A DNA stretch of 52,514 bases, from IMG/VR virus record IMGVR_UViG_3300023174_000228, positions 1 through 52,514 of that record; one strand, 5' to 3'. A program made the translations under genes and the position numbers. This DNA is from a virus (taxonomy: Duplodnaviria; Caudoviricetes). A model generated the notes under the pieces. It had not been told where the DNA came from. It ran no database searches and saw nothing but the letters and a program-made list of their open reading frames with translations. This document shows positions 29,059 through 38,208 of the stretch, piece by piece (within the stretch, counting starts at the first letter, position 1; each line of letters begins with the position of its first letter).

Positions 29059-30194
29059 AAAACTTCCGGGAAGCAATTGAAACTGGGGAACATGAAGACC
29101 TGATTCACCCAGAAAAAAGAAAACAACTGGAAGCAGGAACTGAAGAAATACTTGGTGCGCTTCCTGAAAAAGCACAGGATTATTACGAACTTATAGTTTC
29201 TGAAGCTTATCAAAAATTGTTGTCTCGTATTCAGCATTACACAAAAGCACCTTTGACACAGAGGAATTTTCCCAAGCTAGTTTCCAATGTTTTCGGAGCT
29301 TTCAATAAAATCAGTGAGATTGAAAGTGCAAACAAAGCCAAATTGGAAAAATTAGCAGTTCAAGTTGTTTTGGATCTTCCAGAATTTGAATATGTAAAAA
29401 AATTAGTGGAAAGTAATCGTCTCAAGATTGTTGCCAAGCTGGGAACACCTGATCTTAAAAATGCAGTTACCCAATCTGAACAGGAAGCACAGGAGAAACT
29501 TTTACCGGATGTGGAAGGACTTTCTGAATTGGAAGAACTGAATCAGATTGTGGCGGAAAATCTTTTTGATGATACTGAAACAAAACTGCGCCGTCGTTTG
29601 GCCAACACACTCATGCAGGGAAATGCAGTCAGCAAACTTTATCTTTTCAATCTTGTGAAAAATCAATTGGATGAAATGGATAAAAGCCTGATTTACAACT
29701 ATGGGTTGATTACAACTGTGGCCCAACTTTTTTATTTTGCTGCACCTCCGATTGAAAACTTTAATCTTTCCATGATTGAAGCAGCCGCTCAAGGTAGTGA
29801 AGAAGTTGTTCCAGAAGGAGATACTTACACAATCAAAGCACTTGCTAAAACATTTCCTTATTTGGTTCATGAAATTGTAAAAGGAATATATGAATATTTG
29901 GCAATTGATCCGGACAAGAGTGTTCCAGAAGCTGCGGTAGAACGTAAACTCAAGAAGGATGTGATCGAACAGGAAGTGACAGATACCATTGCTGGTCCGG
30001 AACTTTGGAATAAAATATTCGAATTGGTGGGTAGTGAAGACCAAAAGTATCTGCCTTTTGTTTATCAAAGTGTATTGGCCCAGCCTATTGAAGATATTAA
30101 AAACATATTCCGAGGAGATAAGGATGGAGAACGTATTATTCAAAGTTTAGTTATGAAGGCAAAAAAGACAGCTTCGGAAGCTGAACAAGAGTAA
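29055..30194 (+). CDS. Hypothetical alpha-helical protein
   Basis: 379-aa ORF with ATGA overlap. Confidence 0.8.
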   Translation: MKNFREAIETGEHEDLIHPEKRKQLEAGTEEILGALPEKAQDYYELIVSEAYQKLLSRIQHYTKAPLTQRNFPKLVSNVFGAFNKISEIESANKAKLEKLAVQVVLDLPEFEYVKKLVESNRLKIVAKLGTPDLKNAVTQSEQEAQEKLLPDVEGLSELEELNQIVAENLFDDTETKLRRRLANTLMQGNAVSKLYLFNLVKNQLDEMDKSLIYNYGLITTVAQLFYFAAPPIENFNLSMIEAAAQGSEEVVPEGDTYTIKALAKTFPYLVHEIVKGIYEYLAIDPDKSVPEAAVERKLKKDVIEQEVTDTIAGPELWNKIFELVGSEDQKYLPFVYQSVLAQPIEDIKNIFRGDKDGERIIQSLVMKAKKTASEAEQE

Positions 30195-30209
30195 ATAATA
30201 TATAATAAA

Positions 30210-30641
30210 ATGAACAAAGACAGCAAACTTATTTTTGAAGCTTATATTAGCAAAAAACTCTCCGTATCAGATTTTGAAAAGAATTTAAACATTAATTTTG
30301 CTAAAATCCCAGTTGGTCTTCAAAAGTTTTATCGCAGTTTTGCAAAATATCTTCCAGATGAAATTCCAGGAGCCGAATCTTTAAATGATATTGTTCGTTC
30401 CTTGCAAAACTATAGGGAAGATTCTGAGACCAAACAGCTTGCACCAATTCCTGCCGGAAAACAAGAAAAAGCCATATTGGATGATCTTGTAGCTTTTGGC
30501 ATATTAACCAAAAAAGGTGAAGCAGCTCCAGAAACTGATGAACCCAAGGAAGTGGAAACTCTGGATAGTGATGAAGATACTGGTGAAAGTGATATTGATG
30601 TGGCTAAAGAGCTGGGTTATAATCCTGGCGAAATTCAGTAA
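30210..30641 (+). CDS. Hypothetical late protein
   Basis: Leader MNKDSKLIFEAY; acidic tail. Confidence 0.8.
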   Translation: MNKDSKLIFEAYISKKLSVSDFEKNLNINFAKIPVGLQKFYRSFAKYLPDEIPGAESLNDIVRSLQNYREDSETKQLAPIPAGKQEKAILDDLVAFGILTKKGEAAPETDEPKEVETLDSDEDTGESDIDVAKELGYNPGEIQ

Positions 30642-30683
30642 TCAGATGCAGACAAAGTGGTTTTGATGGCAAAAGTAGTTGCT

Positions 30684-30703
30684 GCTGGTGGCGCTACACC
30701 AGC
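30684..30703. terminator. GC-rich hairpin between convergent genes
   Basis: gctggtg-gcgcta-caccagc; no clear U-tract. Confidence 0.35.
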
Positions 30704-30739
30704 CACCCTAGTTGCAAACTTGAATGTAATTGAAGCACT

Positions 30740-31639
30740 TTAATTTATATTAATAAAAGCTTTGTCTTTCATTTTAAATTCAAAATCAATATCAATATCA
30801 TCCAGTCCGTAGGTATCAGGAAGTTGTTTTACATAATCAGCATGAGCCCGAGGATTTTTGCCTTCCCTGCTTTCGCTATAATGAAATAATGGACGATAAC
30901 TCCTCCAACTGTCCCTGCACAAACTAAATGCATCTTTTTCAATCATGTCATCCGGATGACATTTGTGATGCAAATAGTCAAACGTAATAGGTATCAAAGA
31001 TATTGGATAAAGATGACGGGTAAGTTTGCGTACACTCCAGCATTTGCCTTTATCATCATTTTCCACAACCAATCGTTTGCGAGCATCCAAAGTTAATAAA
31101 CCAAGATTGTCCACAAACCGTCTGGCAATATCATCAAAGTTGCCTCTGCTGTTGTTGATGTGAATGTTGATAGGACTGTTGTAATCCAATGGACAACCCA
31201 GCTGAGTAAGAAACCAACCAGTGAAGTTCAGTTCATTAATGGTGCGATTCAATGCATCTTTGTTCTCTGTGGCTAATACATTAAACTCACTGGGATGGGA
31301 TGATAAGCGCACAGGATGATCTTGGATATAATTTCGGATGAGCAAAATGGTATCAGTTATTTGTTTGCAATTGGGCAGATCTTCTAGTTTTACTTTTGCT
31401 TTGTCATATGTGATGAGCGGAAACAAATCACTGCTCAGACGATAATTGTAATTGTTTTCATAACAGAATTTGATGGCTTCACCTGTCACCATCATATTGT
31501 TAAGAATGCGATTACCCAGATCTTGCAAACCATCTTTGCGGTTCATGTTGCTGAACTTTTTATAAGTCATGGTTTTGAACTTTTTAGGTTCAACCATATC
31601 CTGCAAGCTGAGAACAATGCAACAAATGCCTCGACGCAT
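30740..31639 (-). CDS. uvsE: UV damage endonuclease
   Basis: YRLSSDLFP, RLSSHPSEF.VL, INIH, RLVVENDD, FDYLHH, HYSES, AHADY. Confidence 0.92.
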   Translation of the reverse strand: MRRGICCIVLSLQDMVEPKKFKTMTYKKFSNMNRKDGLQDLGNRILNNMMVTGEAIKFCYENNYNYRLSSDLFPLITYDKAKVKLEDLPNCKQITDTILLIRNYIQDHPVRLSSHPSEFNVLATENKDALNRTINELNFTGWFLTQLGCPLDYNSPINIHINNSRGNFDDIARRFVDNLGLLTLDARKRLVVENDDKGKCWSVRKLTRHLYPISLIPITFDYLHHKCHPDDMIEKDAFSLCRDSWRSYRPLFHYSESREGKNPRAHADYVKQLPDTYGLDDIDIDFEFKMKDKAFININ

Positions 31640-31673
31640 TATTTTGTTATACAGACAATGAATGTTGTGTCAA

Positions 31674-31898
31674 TTAAATTCCAATACCCCTACGATGCAA
31701 CAATTCTATTTGAGGTTTAAAGTTGGCAATTCGTATTTTTTCATAATCATCTTTGGACTTGGGCTTTTCTTTCTTATTCTTTAATTCTTGTATAAATTTA
31801 TTCATTTCTTGTTTTGTATCAAAAACATACCGCCTGCCTTTATCATCGTGATAGACATAACCAATACCCATAATGAAATCTGCTTTATTTTTTATCAT
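31674..31898 (-). CDS. Hypothetical protein
   Basis: 74-aa ORF. Confidence 0.6.
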   Translation of the reverse strand: MIKNKADFIMGIGYVYHDDKGRRYVFDTKQEMNKFIQELKNKKEKPKSKDDYEKIRIANFKPQIELLHRRGIGI

Positions 31899-32034
31899 TT
31901 TATTTTTAAAAGAATTGCTACAAATTTTTCGGAAATTTCTTCAATTTTTAACAATAATTTCCAAAACCATGCTTGTACCATTTTATTATTTATAAAAATG
32001 TTGCTTATGTAAACCATATTGCTATAAAAGAAGC

Positions 32035-32646
32035 ATGACCGAAGGAAAGAAATATACCATTTCCATCATTAATGGATCTCTTGGAGGTCGCACCGGAAAC
32101 ACTCATAATCTCATAAAGAAATTACGTAAAACCATTAATAAAATCGATCCAGAAATAAAAGTACGGGTTATTCATCTCACACCCAGTTTTAATTGGCTCC
32201 TTGTGAGAAAATACATAAGAACCAGTGATGCTTTTGTTTTTTGCACAGGAACATATTGGCAAAGCTGGGGAAGCCCCATGCAACATCTTTTTGAAAAAAT
32301 GACAGAACTTGAAGGAAAGAAACATCTTTTGGGTAAACCTGTTGGAGCAATTTCAACTATGCATTCAGTTGGAGGGCAGGAAGTTGTTAGTCGAATGCAA
32401 GGTGTTCTTTGCAGTTTGGGTTGCGTAATTCCTCCTTTCTGTGGTTTTGCATACAGTTATGCAGATCATGTGGCTCATCGTAGCCGATATCATGGGAAAA
32501 AACTGATGGATGATGTATGGCATTTGGAAGATATTTGTGCATTAATTAATAATGTTATTGAAAGTATGAAAGGAACGAATAAATGGAAAGTATGGGATTT
32601 CCTAGATACACAAGCTTTTGATCCAACAAGCATATGGCTAAAATGA
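32035..32646 (+). CDS. NAD(P)H-dependent FMN reductase / flavodoxin family
   Basis: INGSL...GNT, TGTYW, GKP, HSVGGQ. Confidence 0.85.
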   Translation: MTEGKKYTISIINGSLGGRTGNTHNLIKKLRKTINKIDPEIKVRVIHLTPSFNWLLVRKYIRTSDAFVFCTGTYWQSWGSPMQHLFEKMTELEGKKHLLGKPVGAISTMHSVGGQEVVSRMQGVLCSLGCVIPPFCGFAYSYADHVAHRSRYHGKKLMDDVWHLEDICALINNVIESMKGTNKWKVWDFLDTQAFDPTSIWLK

Positions 32647-33635
32647 CATTTATTGTAACAGGAGGAGCAGGATTCATTGGCCGACATCTGGTCAAGAATC
32701 TGCGCAACAGGTATCCAGATTCTAATATTATTGTTTTGGACAAGCTTGGAATAGGATCCGACAAAAAAAGTCTTAGATCCTATGATGTTGAATTTATTGA
32801 ACTTGACCTATCTGACAGGAAATGGTTGGGTGTATTTTGCACCACCGTATCTGAACCGGTGGATTGTGTGTTTCATCTTGCAGCGGAAAGTCATGTGGAT
32901 CGAAGCATCACTTCTCCCAATGGTTTTGTGGATTCAAATGTAACAGGTACATTCAATATTCTTTTTGGTCTTCAAAACAAATATAAAAAGTTTATGCATG
33001 TCAGCACTGATGAGGTTTACGGATCGTTGAATATTGATTCAGATCCAAGCAAGGAAACAGACCATCTCAAACCTAGTAGCATATACAGCTCGACGAAGGC
33101 AAGTTCAGATCTTATTGTTCTGGCTTCTTATCACACCAACAAATTTCCAGTGATAGTTACTCGGTGTTGCAACAACTATGGACCTGGACAACATGCTGAA
33201 AAATTCATACCGGTTGTTTTAAACAATGCTTTGAATGACAGAAACATACCGGTTTATGGTAATGGAATGAATGTGAGAGAATGGATATATGTGGATGATC
33301 ATGCCAATGCCATTATTGATCTCAGTGAAAAGGGTGAAATTGGAGAAATATATAATATTGGTTCTGCCTACAGATTAGATAACATTTCTTTGGCCAAACA
33401 TATTTTAAAAATATTAAAAAAACCAGAAAGTCTTATCAGTTTTGTAACTGATCGTCTTGGACATGATATTTGTTATAAACTAGATAGCGCAAAAACAAGA
33501 AGCACAATTAATTTGCCAAAATATGACGAACAAAGATTTTTACAATTTTTGAAACAAACAGTTGAAAAACATATTTTATCTGTAAATAAACAAAAAGGAG
33601 AAATACCATGGGAATGTTTGATAACATCAAAGTAG
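32634..33635 (+). CDS. rmlB: dTDP-glucose 4,6-dehydratase
   Basis: TGGAGFIG, HLAAESHVDRSI, STDEVYG, YSSTK, NNYGP.Q..EKFIP, DRLGHD. Confidence 0.93.
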   Translation: MAKMTFIVTGGAGFIGRHLVKNLRNRYPDSNIIVLDKLGIGSDKKSLRSYDVEFIELDLSDRKWLGVFCTTVSEPVDCVFHLAAESHVDRSITSPNGFVDSNVTGTFNILFGLQNKYKKFMHVSTDEVYGSLNIDSDPSKETDHLKPSSIYSSTKASSDLIVLASYHTNKFPVIVTRCCNNYGPGQHAEKFIPVVLNNALNDRNIPVYGNGMNVREWIYVDDHANAIIDLSEKGEIGEIYNIGSAYRLDNISLAKHILKILKKPESLISFVTDRLGHDICYKLDSAKTRSTINLPKYDEQRFLQFLKQTVEKHILSVNKQKGEIPWECLITSK

Positions 33636-34237
33636 AAACCAAGTTGCCTACAAACAAGCTGATTGAAAAATTTCTGGGAAAAGATTTCGATCTGACACGA
33701 TTGGAATATCAAACCAAGGATTTGGAAAATGCACTTCTTAACTATACAATTAAAAAGAACGGAGATTTGTTTGTGGAACATGTTGAATACCGGGACAGCA
33801 CCCCTGAAGAAAAAAAGCAGGATATTAAAACATATGGTAAACAATTCGGATCTTTTCGATTAAAAGTAAACAGCAGAACATGGGAAAAAACAAATCATAC
33901 GGGTGATGTGGAGTTTTATGCTTATGAAAAAGCAAAGCAAGATGGCCGATATTACACAATTGATTATAAAGCCCATGTTGTAAAAGGAAAAGTCAAAAAC
34001 ATAAAGCTGATTAAAGCTGAAAGAGAAAACGATCAGGCTTATGCAGAACGATTGATGGTGGAACACAAATGGTCAGAAGAAATCCAAATTCATAATGAAA
34101 GGGTAAGCAAACTATCTTATAAAATATTGAATAATGTTTATAATAAGCCTGTAAGGATGGCATTAAGATTAGCTTATAAACATAGCCAAAGAATTCCTAA
34201 TTTGTTGCTTAAACTGGAACGCAAGATTTTATATTAA
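33608..34237 (+). CDS. Hypothetical phage protein
   Basis: MGMFD...YQTKDL pattern. Confidence 0.75.
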   Translation: MGMFDNIKVETKLPTNKLIEKFLGKDFDLTRLEYQTKDLENALLNYTIKKNGDLFVEHVEYRDSTPEEKKQDIKTYGKQFGSFRLKVNSRTWEKTNHTGDVEFYAYEKAKQDGRYYTIDYKAHVVKGKVKNIKLIKAERENDQAYAERLMVEHKWSEEIQIHNERVSKLSYKILNNVYNKPVRMALRLAYKHSQRIPNLLLKLERKILY

Positions 34238-34638
34238 AAATATAATTGTTCGAATCGTGATTGATTGTTGCTGAAAAATATACGATTAATACCCAATTGT
34301 TTTAGCATATCCTGACAACCAATACATGGCTTGGCCAAAACAAGCATATTGTTCCTGTCGATTCTTGTGTTCACTATATCAAGATCCTGTAGTGTTTGCC
34401 GACCGAATTTTATCACGGCAGCCAGTTCACTGTGTATGCCAATAATTTCATTAATAGGTTCATTTCTTTTATTTCGATAACCAAATTTTAAATTTTTAGG
34501 ATGAGTCTTGTTTGGATTGTTTATTCCAATACTCATTATTTTGTCTTTGTATATGATAAAAGAAGCATGTCTACATCGATAATCACCGTGGGTTGGCAAC
34601 AAAGCATAACTCAATTCAATTATCTTTTTAAAATTCAC
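34234..34638 (-). CDS. Zinc-dependent cytidine-deaminase-fold protein
   Basis: RH...SIGIN, IHSE, KPCIGC. Confidence 0.8.
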   Translation of the reverse strand: MNFKKIIELSYALLPTHGDYRCRHASFIIYKDKIMSIGINNPNKTHPKNLKFGYRNKRNEPINEIIGIHSELAAVIKFGRQTLQDLDIVNTRIDRNNMLVLAKPCIGCQDMLKQLGINRIFFSNNQSRFEQLYF

Positions 34639-34695
34639 CGGGCGATAGTATCATGATAATGATTGACAATCAATATTTTTTAATTAAATATTAAA

Positions 34696-34851
34696 GTGAA
34701 TTTAAAAAAAGAAAAGATTCTGGAACGAATTACCAAATTGGAGAAAGAAATTGAGGAATTGAAGGATGTTGTTAAAGTTTTATATTATATAAGCAATCCC
34801 AATAAATTTACAAAAACCGATTGTAAGGGTATAATTTTAAAGAAAAAATGA
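34696..34851 (+). CDS. Small coiled-coil protein (below the ORF-track cutoff)
   Basis: TAAATA-N5-GTG; 51 codons. Confidence 0.5.
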   Translation: MNLKKEKILERITKLEKEIEELKDVVKVLYYISNPNKFTKTDCKGIILKKK

Positions 34852-34890
34852 TTAAATATTTATATAAGCAGTCAAAATAGCAGGGAACAT

Positions 34891-35082
34891 ATGGGAAGTG
34901 GAATTTCAGAAATGATTCAAAACTCTGATTTATATAAAAGATTTTTGCAAGAAAGGGATGAAATTTTAAAAAATAAATGGTATATGAGTGAACGGGAAGG
35001 AAAGGATGTTGGTTTTGAAAGGGCTCTTTTAGATTGGGTTTGGCATCACCGAGACAAATGGATTAAAAGATTGACAAAATAA
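34891..35082 (+). CDS. DUF4032-like small protein
   Basis: EILKNKWYMSEREGKDVGFERALLDW. Confidence 0.75.
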   Translation: MGSGISEMIQNSDLYKRFLQERDEILKNKWYMSEREGKDVGFERALLDWVWHHRDKWIKRLTK

Positions 35083-35090
35083 TAGTTCTG
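35059..35090 (+). repeat. 32-bp direct repeat, copy 1
   Basis: tggattaaaagattgacaaaataatagttctg, identical to 35844-35875. Confidence 0.93.
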
Positions 35091-35128
35091 GTAATGAACT
35101 TTTAACATTTAAAATATAAATAATTAGT

Positions 35129-35851
35129 ATGAACTTTAATGAACTATTAACATTTATAGCAGAAGATGGCGAATCGGTTACTACTCAATTTGAAAGATTG
35201 GTTGGGAGTGATAATATGCCTGAATTTATCAGTTTCAATTATCTTACAAAAGCAGGGGAACATGCAAAATACACCGTCAACATTGGAATGGAATATCAAA
35301 GAATAAAAGAAAATAATATCAATAAAATTCAAAAGGCACAAACCGATCCAGATGCTGTAAAACAAGCAATACAACCCAAATTGGAAAAAATTGCAGGATC
35401 TCCAGAAGGAGATGTTGATGGACATCCTGTGCAAAGCATTCTCGCGGCTGTTCCTGAAATTCTTGAAAAGATCCTGCGACAAGAATCCAAATCTTTAAAT
35501 CGTATAGAACAGGAAAAACCCACTGCTCAAGCATCGAGCTACCAACAAATGATTAAAGGTATTAAAAAGAATGTTGATACGGGAGTTTATTATATTGAAG
35601 GTGTTGTTCGTAGCAAAAAGCTTTTGGGAGCGAAGGCTGAATACGGATCTGTTAATAGAAGAACAGCGGTAACAGCAGGAGAACCTTTTGTTAAAAAATA
35701 CTTGAAACTATCAAAACCCCAAAAATTTATAATACATCCAAGTTTGATGGAAGGTATAAAAGTTAGACAAACTGCAGTTGCTGTTGATGGTCAAGAAACA
35801 CAACAGAACACAGTTGAATTGGCAGGGGAATTTAGAGCTGATTTGGATTAA
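35129..35851 (+). CDS. Hypothetical late protein inside a direct-repeat-bounded cassette
   Basis: TATAAATA-N6-ATG; leader MNFNELLTFIAE. Confidence 0.85.
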   Translation: MNFNELLTFIAEDGESVTTQFERLVGSDNMPEFISFNYLTKAGEHAKYTVNIGMEYQRIKENNINKIQKAQTDPDAVKQAIQPKLEKIAGSPEGDVDGHPVQSILAAVPEILEKILRQESKSLNRIEQEKPTAQASSYQQMIKGIKKNVDTGVYYIEGVVRSKKLLGAKAEYGSVNRRTAVTAGEPFVKKYLKLSKPQKFIIHPSLMEGIKVRQTAVAVDGQETQQNTVELAGEFRADLD

Positions 35852-35875
35852 AAGATTGACAAAATAATAGTTCTG
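35844..35875 (+). repeat. 32-bp direct repeat, copy 2 (contains a TTGACA -35 box)
   Basis: Identical to 35059-35090. Confidence 0.93.
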
Positions 35876-35888
35876 ATACCCTGTAGGG

Positions 35889-36110
35889 ATGAAGTTTACA
35901 ACAGAACAACTTTGGACATTATATTTTGGATTAGGTATTGCCCAAGCATGGCAAGATCAAAAAATTGAAAAGGATGAAGGTAGTTGCATACCCAAGAGTT
36001 ATCTATGTGATGTACAGGTAATAATTCTTGATGAAATTAATCGCAGACAAAACAAATCAAATTTTTTCAGGATCCGCCGAATAATGAATCTTCTTAATTT
36101 CTTTAGATAA
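35889..36110 (+). CDS. Hypothetical protein
   Basis: Preceded by TTGACA-N15-TACCCT-N6; overlaps the purA 3' end. Confidence 0.55.
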   Translation: MKFTTEQLWTLYFGLGIAQAWQDQKIEKDEGSCIPKSYLCDVQVIILDEINRRQNKSNFFRIRRIMNLLNFFR

Positions 36111-37040
36111 GTTTTCTTGGAAAAATTGAACCATCTTTTCTTTGTTTTCAAATTCAATCACTGTGTGGTTATGAATTATTTTATATAATCCTGTTTTATC
36201 CAATACATCCCATTTGTTGCTGTAAATGATATCACATCCTGATTTCTCAATAGCATAGTTCAGAAGAGTTAGATTTAACCAATTCACTTTGCGTTTACGG
36301 TTTGTGGTGGTTCCATATTCATGGCCCAGTTCAATTATTTTTGCGAATACAGGATCTTTGACTGAGTCTTCTGGAAATCTTGGATCCAATCCACTCTTTG
36401 TGTCATATGCCTTGCAAACTCCAATAATATCCCGGATTTTACGAGGAGAGAATCCAAGACTGCAAGCAGCATAAGGAAGAGTTTCACTGCTTGTCACATA
36501 AGGATAAACGCCAAAGTTGATATCCAACCAGAACGATTGGGCACCTTCACAAAGAACATTTCCTTTCAATTCACCATCCCAAATATATTTTGCATCAATT
36601 GCATCTTTAGCAAGAGTTCCACAACGAAGCATTTTGTCTGAATAACAAGGAGCAATTCCTTTTCCTGTCGTTCCCAACTTCTCCTTTAAATGTTTGTTGT
36701 CATATTCAATATGCTTGTCTGTGATAACGTGTGCATTTGGAGCTATCTTAATAAGATGAGTATCCACTCCTACACTTTTAAGATATTCTATTTCTTTATA
36801 AAATGATTCAGGATGCACAATACAATTGGGTCCGATAATGCATTTCTTTTCATTAAAAATACCAGAAGGAACCAGATGTGTTTTATACATTTTACCATTT
36901 TTGTAAATGGTGTGACCTGCATTACTTCCTCCATTCCATCTGCACACATAATCATAATTCTTTGAGAGATTATACGTTATCTTTCCTTTACCTTCATCTC
37001 CCCAGCACAGTCCAAATATGATGTCTACGTGTTTAATCAT
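36057..37040 (-). CDS. purA: Adenylosuccinate synthetase (short form)
   Basis: WGDEGKGK, GGSNAGHT, GTTGKGI.P.Y.DK, EGAQ, YPYVTSS, EYGTTTNRKR, NKWD. Confidence 0.93.
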   Translation of the reverse strand: MIKHVDIIFGLCWGDEGKGKITYNLSKNYDYVCRWNGGSNAGHTIYKNGKMYKTHLVPSGIFNEKKCIIGPNCIVHPESFYKEIEYLKSVGVDTHLIKIAPNAHVITDKHIEYDNKHLKEKLGTTGKGIAPCYSDKMLRCGTLAKDAIDAKYIWDGELKGNVLCEGAQSFWLDINFGVYPYVTSSETLPYAACSLGFSPRKIRDIIGVCKAYDTKSGLDPRFPEDSVKDPVFAKIIELGHEYGTTTNRKRKVNWLNLTLLNYAIEKSGCDIIYSNKWDVLDKTGLYKIIHNHTVIEFENKEKMVQFFQENLSKEIKKIHYSADPEKI

Positions 37041-37086
37041 GATTTATCTTACCATTGTTTTTATTAATTCAATCTGGAAAATATAG

Positions 37087-37114
37087 TTGACAAAATAAAA
37101 CATTTTGTTACCAT
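37087..37114 (+). promoter_or_regulatory. Sigma70-like promoter
   Basis: TTGACA-N16-TACCAT-N6-ATG (37121). Confidence 0.7.
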
Positions 37115-37120
37115 GATTTT

Positions 37121-37429
37121 ATGTTTGTGAAAGGTCAACAAGTTGTATGCATAAACGATGTTTTTGAACCTTGGGTTTATAAACTATATGCACAGCTGCC
37201 CAAGAAAGATATTGCATATACTGTTCGGGATGTTTATATCGGAAAAGAAGATCTTAAAGACAAGGATGGGGGAAGCGTGGGTATCATCTTGAATGAAGTA
37301 AAAAATCCAATTGATCCCACCTGTAAAAGTGGACCCCAGGAACTGGGTTTCAACAGTGAACGATTTGCCCCACTTAACGAGGTTGAATTTGAAAATGTAA
37401 ATGAAGAGGAACTTGTGGAAGCATTATGA
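37121..37429 (+). CDS. Hypothetical protein
   Basis: G..VVCI.D.F...LP.KD..YTVR...E.GFNSERF. Confidence 0.8.
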   Translation: MFVKGQQVVCINDVFEPWVYKLYAQLPKKDIAYTVRDVYIGKEDLKDKDGGSVGIILNEVKNPIDPTCKSGPQELGFNSERFAPLNEVEFENVNEEELVEAL

Positions 37430-37764
37430 AACAAAATCTAGAAAATAAATTATATAAAGACTTTCCTAAGCTTTTTGCTCAAAAAGATTTGGACAAAATG
37501 CAAACTTGTATGTGCTGGGGTATTGAATGTCCGGATGAATGGTTTGATGTGATATATGCTGCTTGTCAATGTATTCAAACCATGACTGACAATAATAAAC
37601 ATATTTCAGACAAATACCCTCAAGTGGAATTTACTCAGGTGAAAGAAAAGTTTGGTTTGTTGTGCATGTATAATAATGTAAACTCTGGTTATGTTAATGG
37701 TGTGATTGACATGGCAAATGCTATGATTAACCATATCCCTGTTAAAAGGAGAAAAAAACTATGA
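37426..37764 (+). CDS. Conserved phage protein
   Basis: WGIEC...W...QVKEKFG.L motif. Confidence 0.8.
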   Translation: MKQNLENKLYKDFPKLFAQKDLDKMQTCMCWGIECPDEWFDVIYAACQCIQTMTDNNKHISDKYPQVEFTQVKEKFGLLCMYNNVNSGYVNGVIDMANAMINHIPVKRRKKL

Positions 37765-37952
37765 GAACTTGGAGTGCAACATTCTTGGCATCTTTTGTCA
37801 TGGGGCTTTTTGCTTATGTGACTTTCATCAAAGAAAATCCAGTCAGTTCTTGGTGGTGGGTTTTGGCAATTTTCATATTGATCAGCATATTCATGCATGA
37901 TGCTGATGATATTGAATATCAAGAAAATGAAGAAGAAAATGAAGAAGAATGA
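37761..37952 (+). CDS. Small two-TM membrane protein
   Basis: Two hydrophobic segments, acidic tail, ATGA overlap. Confidence 0.65.
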   Translation: MRTWSATFLASFVMGLFAYVTFIKENPVSSWWWVLAIFILISIFMHDADDIEYQENEEENEEE

Positions 37953-38208
37953 AAATACTGATCCATTAAAGGACATTGTAAGAAAAAGAGCAACCGACTA
38001 TCATCCGTGGGGAAAGATGAAACGCTGGGAAAATGAGAAAGAGGATTATCCTGATTGCAGTTGTGGATGCAAACATTTCAGACCTTTATATAATATAAAA
38101 ACACAAATTGACTTCGATTATGGGGTTTGTACCAATATCAAATCTGCTCGATGCGGATTATTGACTTTTGAACATCAAGCCGGTAAAGATTGTTTTGAAA
38201 AGCAATAG
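37939..38208 (+). CDS. Cys-rich protein (DUF3027-like); start uncertain
   Basis: CSCGCKHFRPL...YGVCTN..S...G.LTFEH. Confidence 0.6.
   Translation: MKKNENTDPLKDIVRKRATDYHPWGKMKRWENEKEDYPDCSCGCKHFRPLYNIKTQIDFDYGVCTNIKSARCGLLTFEHQAGKDCFEKQ

Noticed and set aside
29502-30143. Long antisense ORFs (also 2459-2926, 6423-6842, 19156-19560, 25931-26359, 27181-27603)
   Set aside because: They are shadows of well-supported genes on the opposite strand, without motifs or start signals
36057-37040. PurZ / 2-aminoadenine (Z) genome pathway
   Set aside because: The protein keeps the PurA catalytic Asp (GDEGKG; PurZ has Ser), the Arg after the GxTT loop and an xKxD GTP-specificity motif, so canonical PurA is more likely
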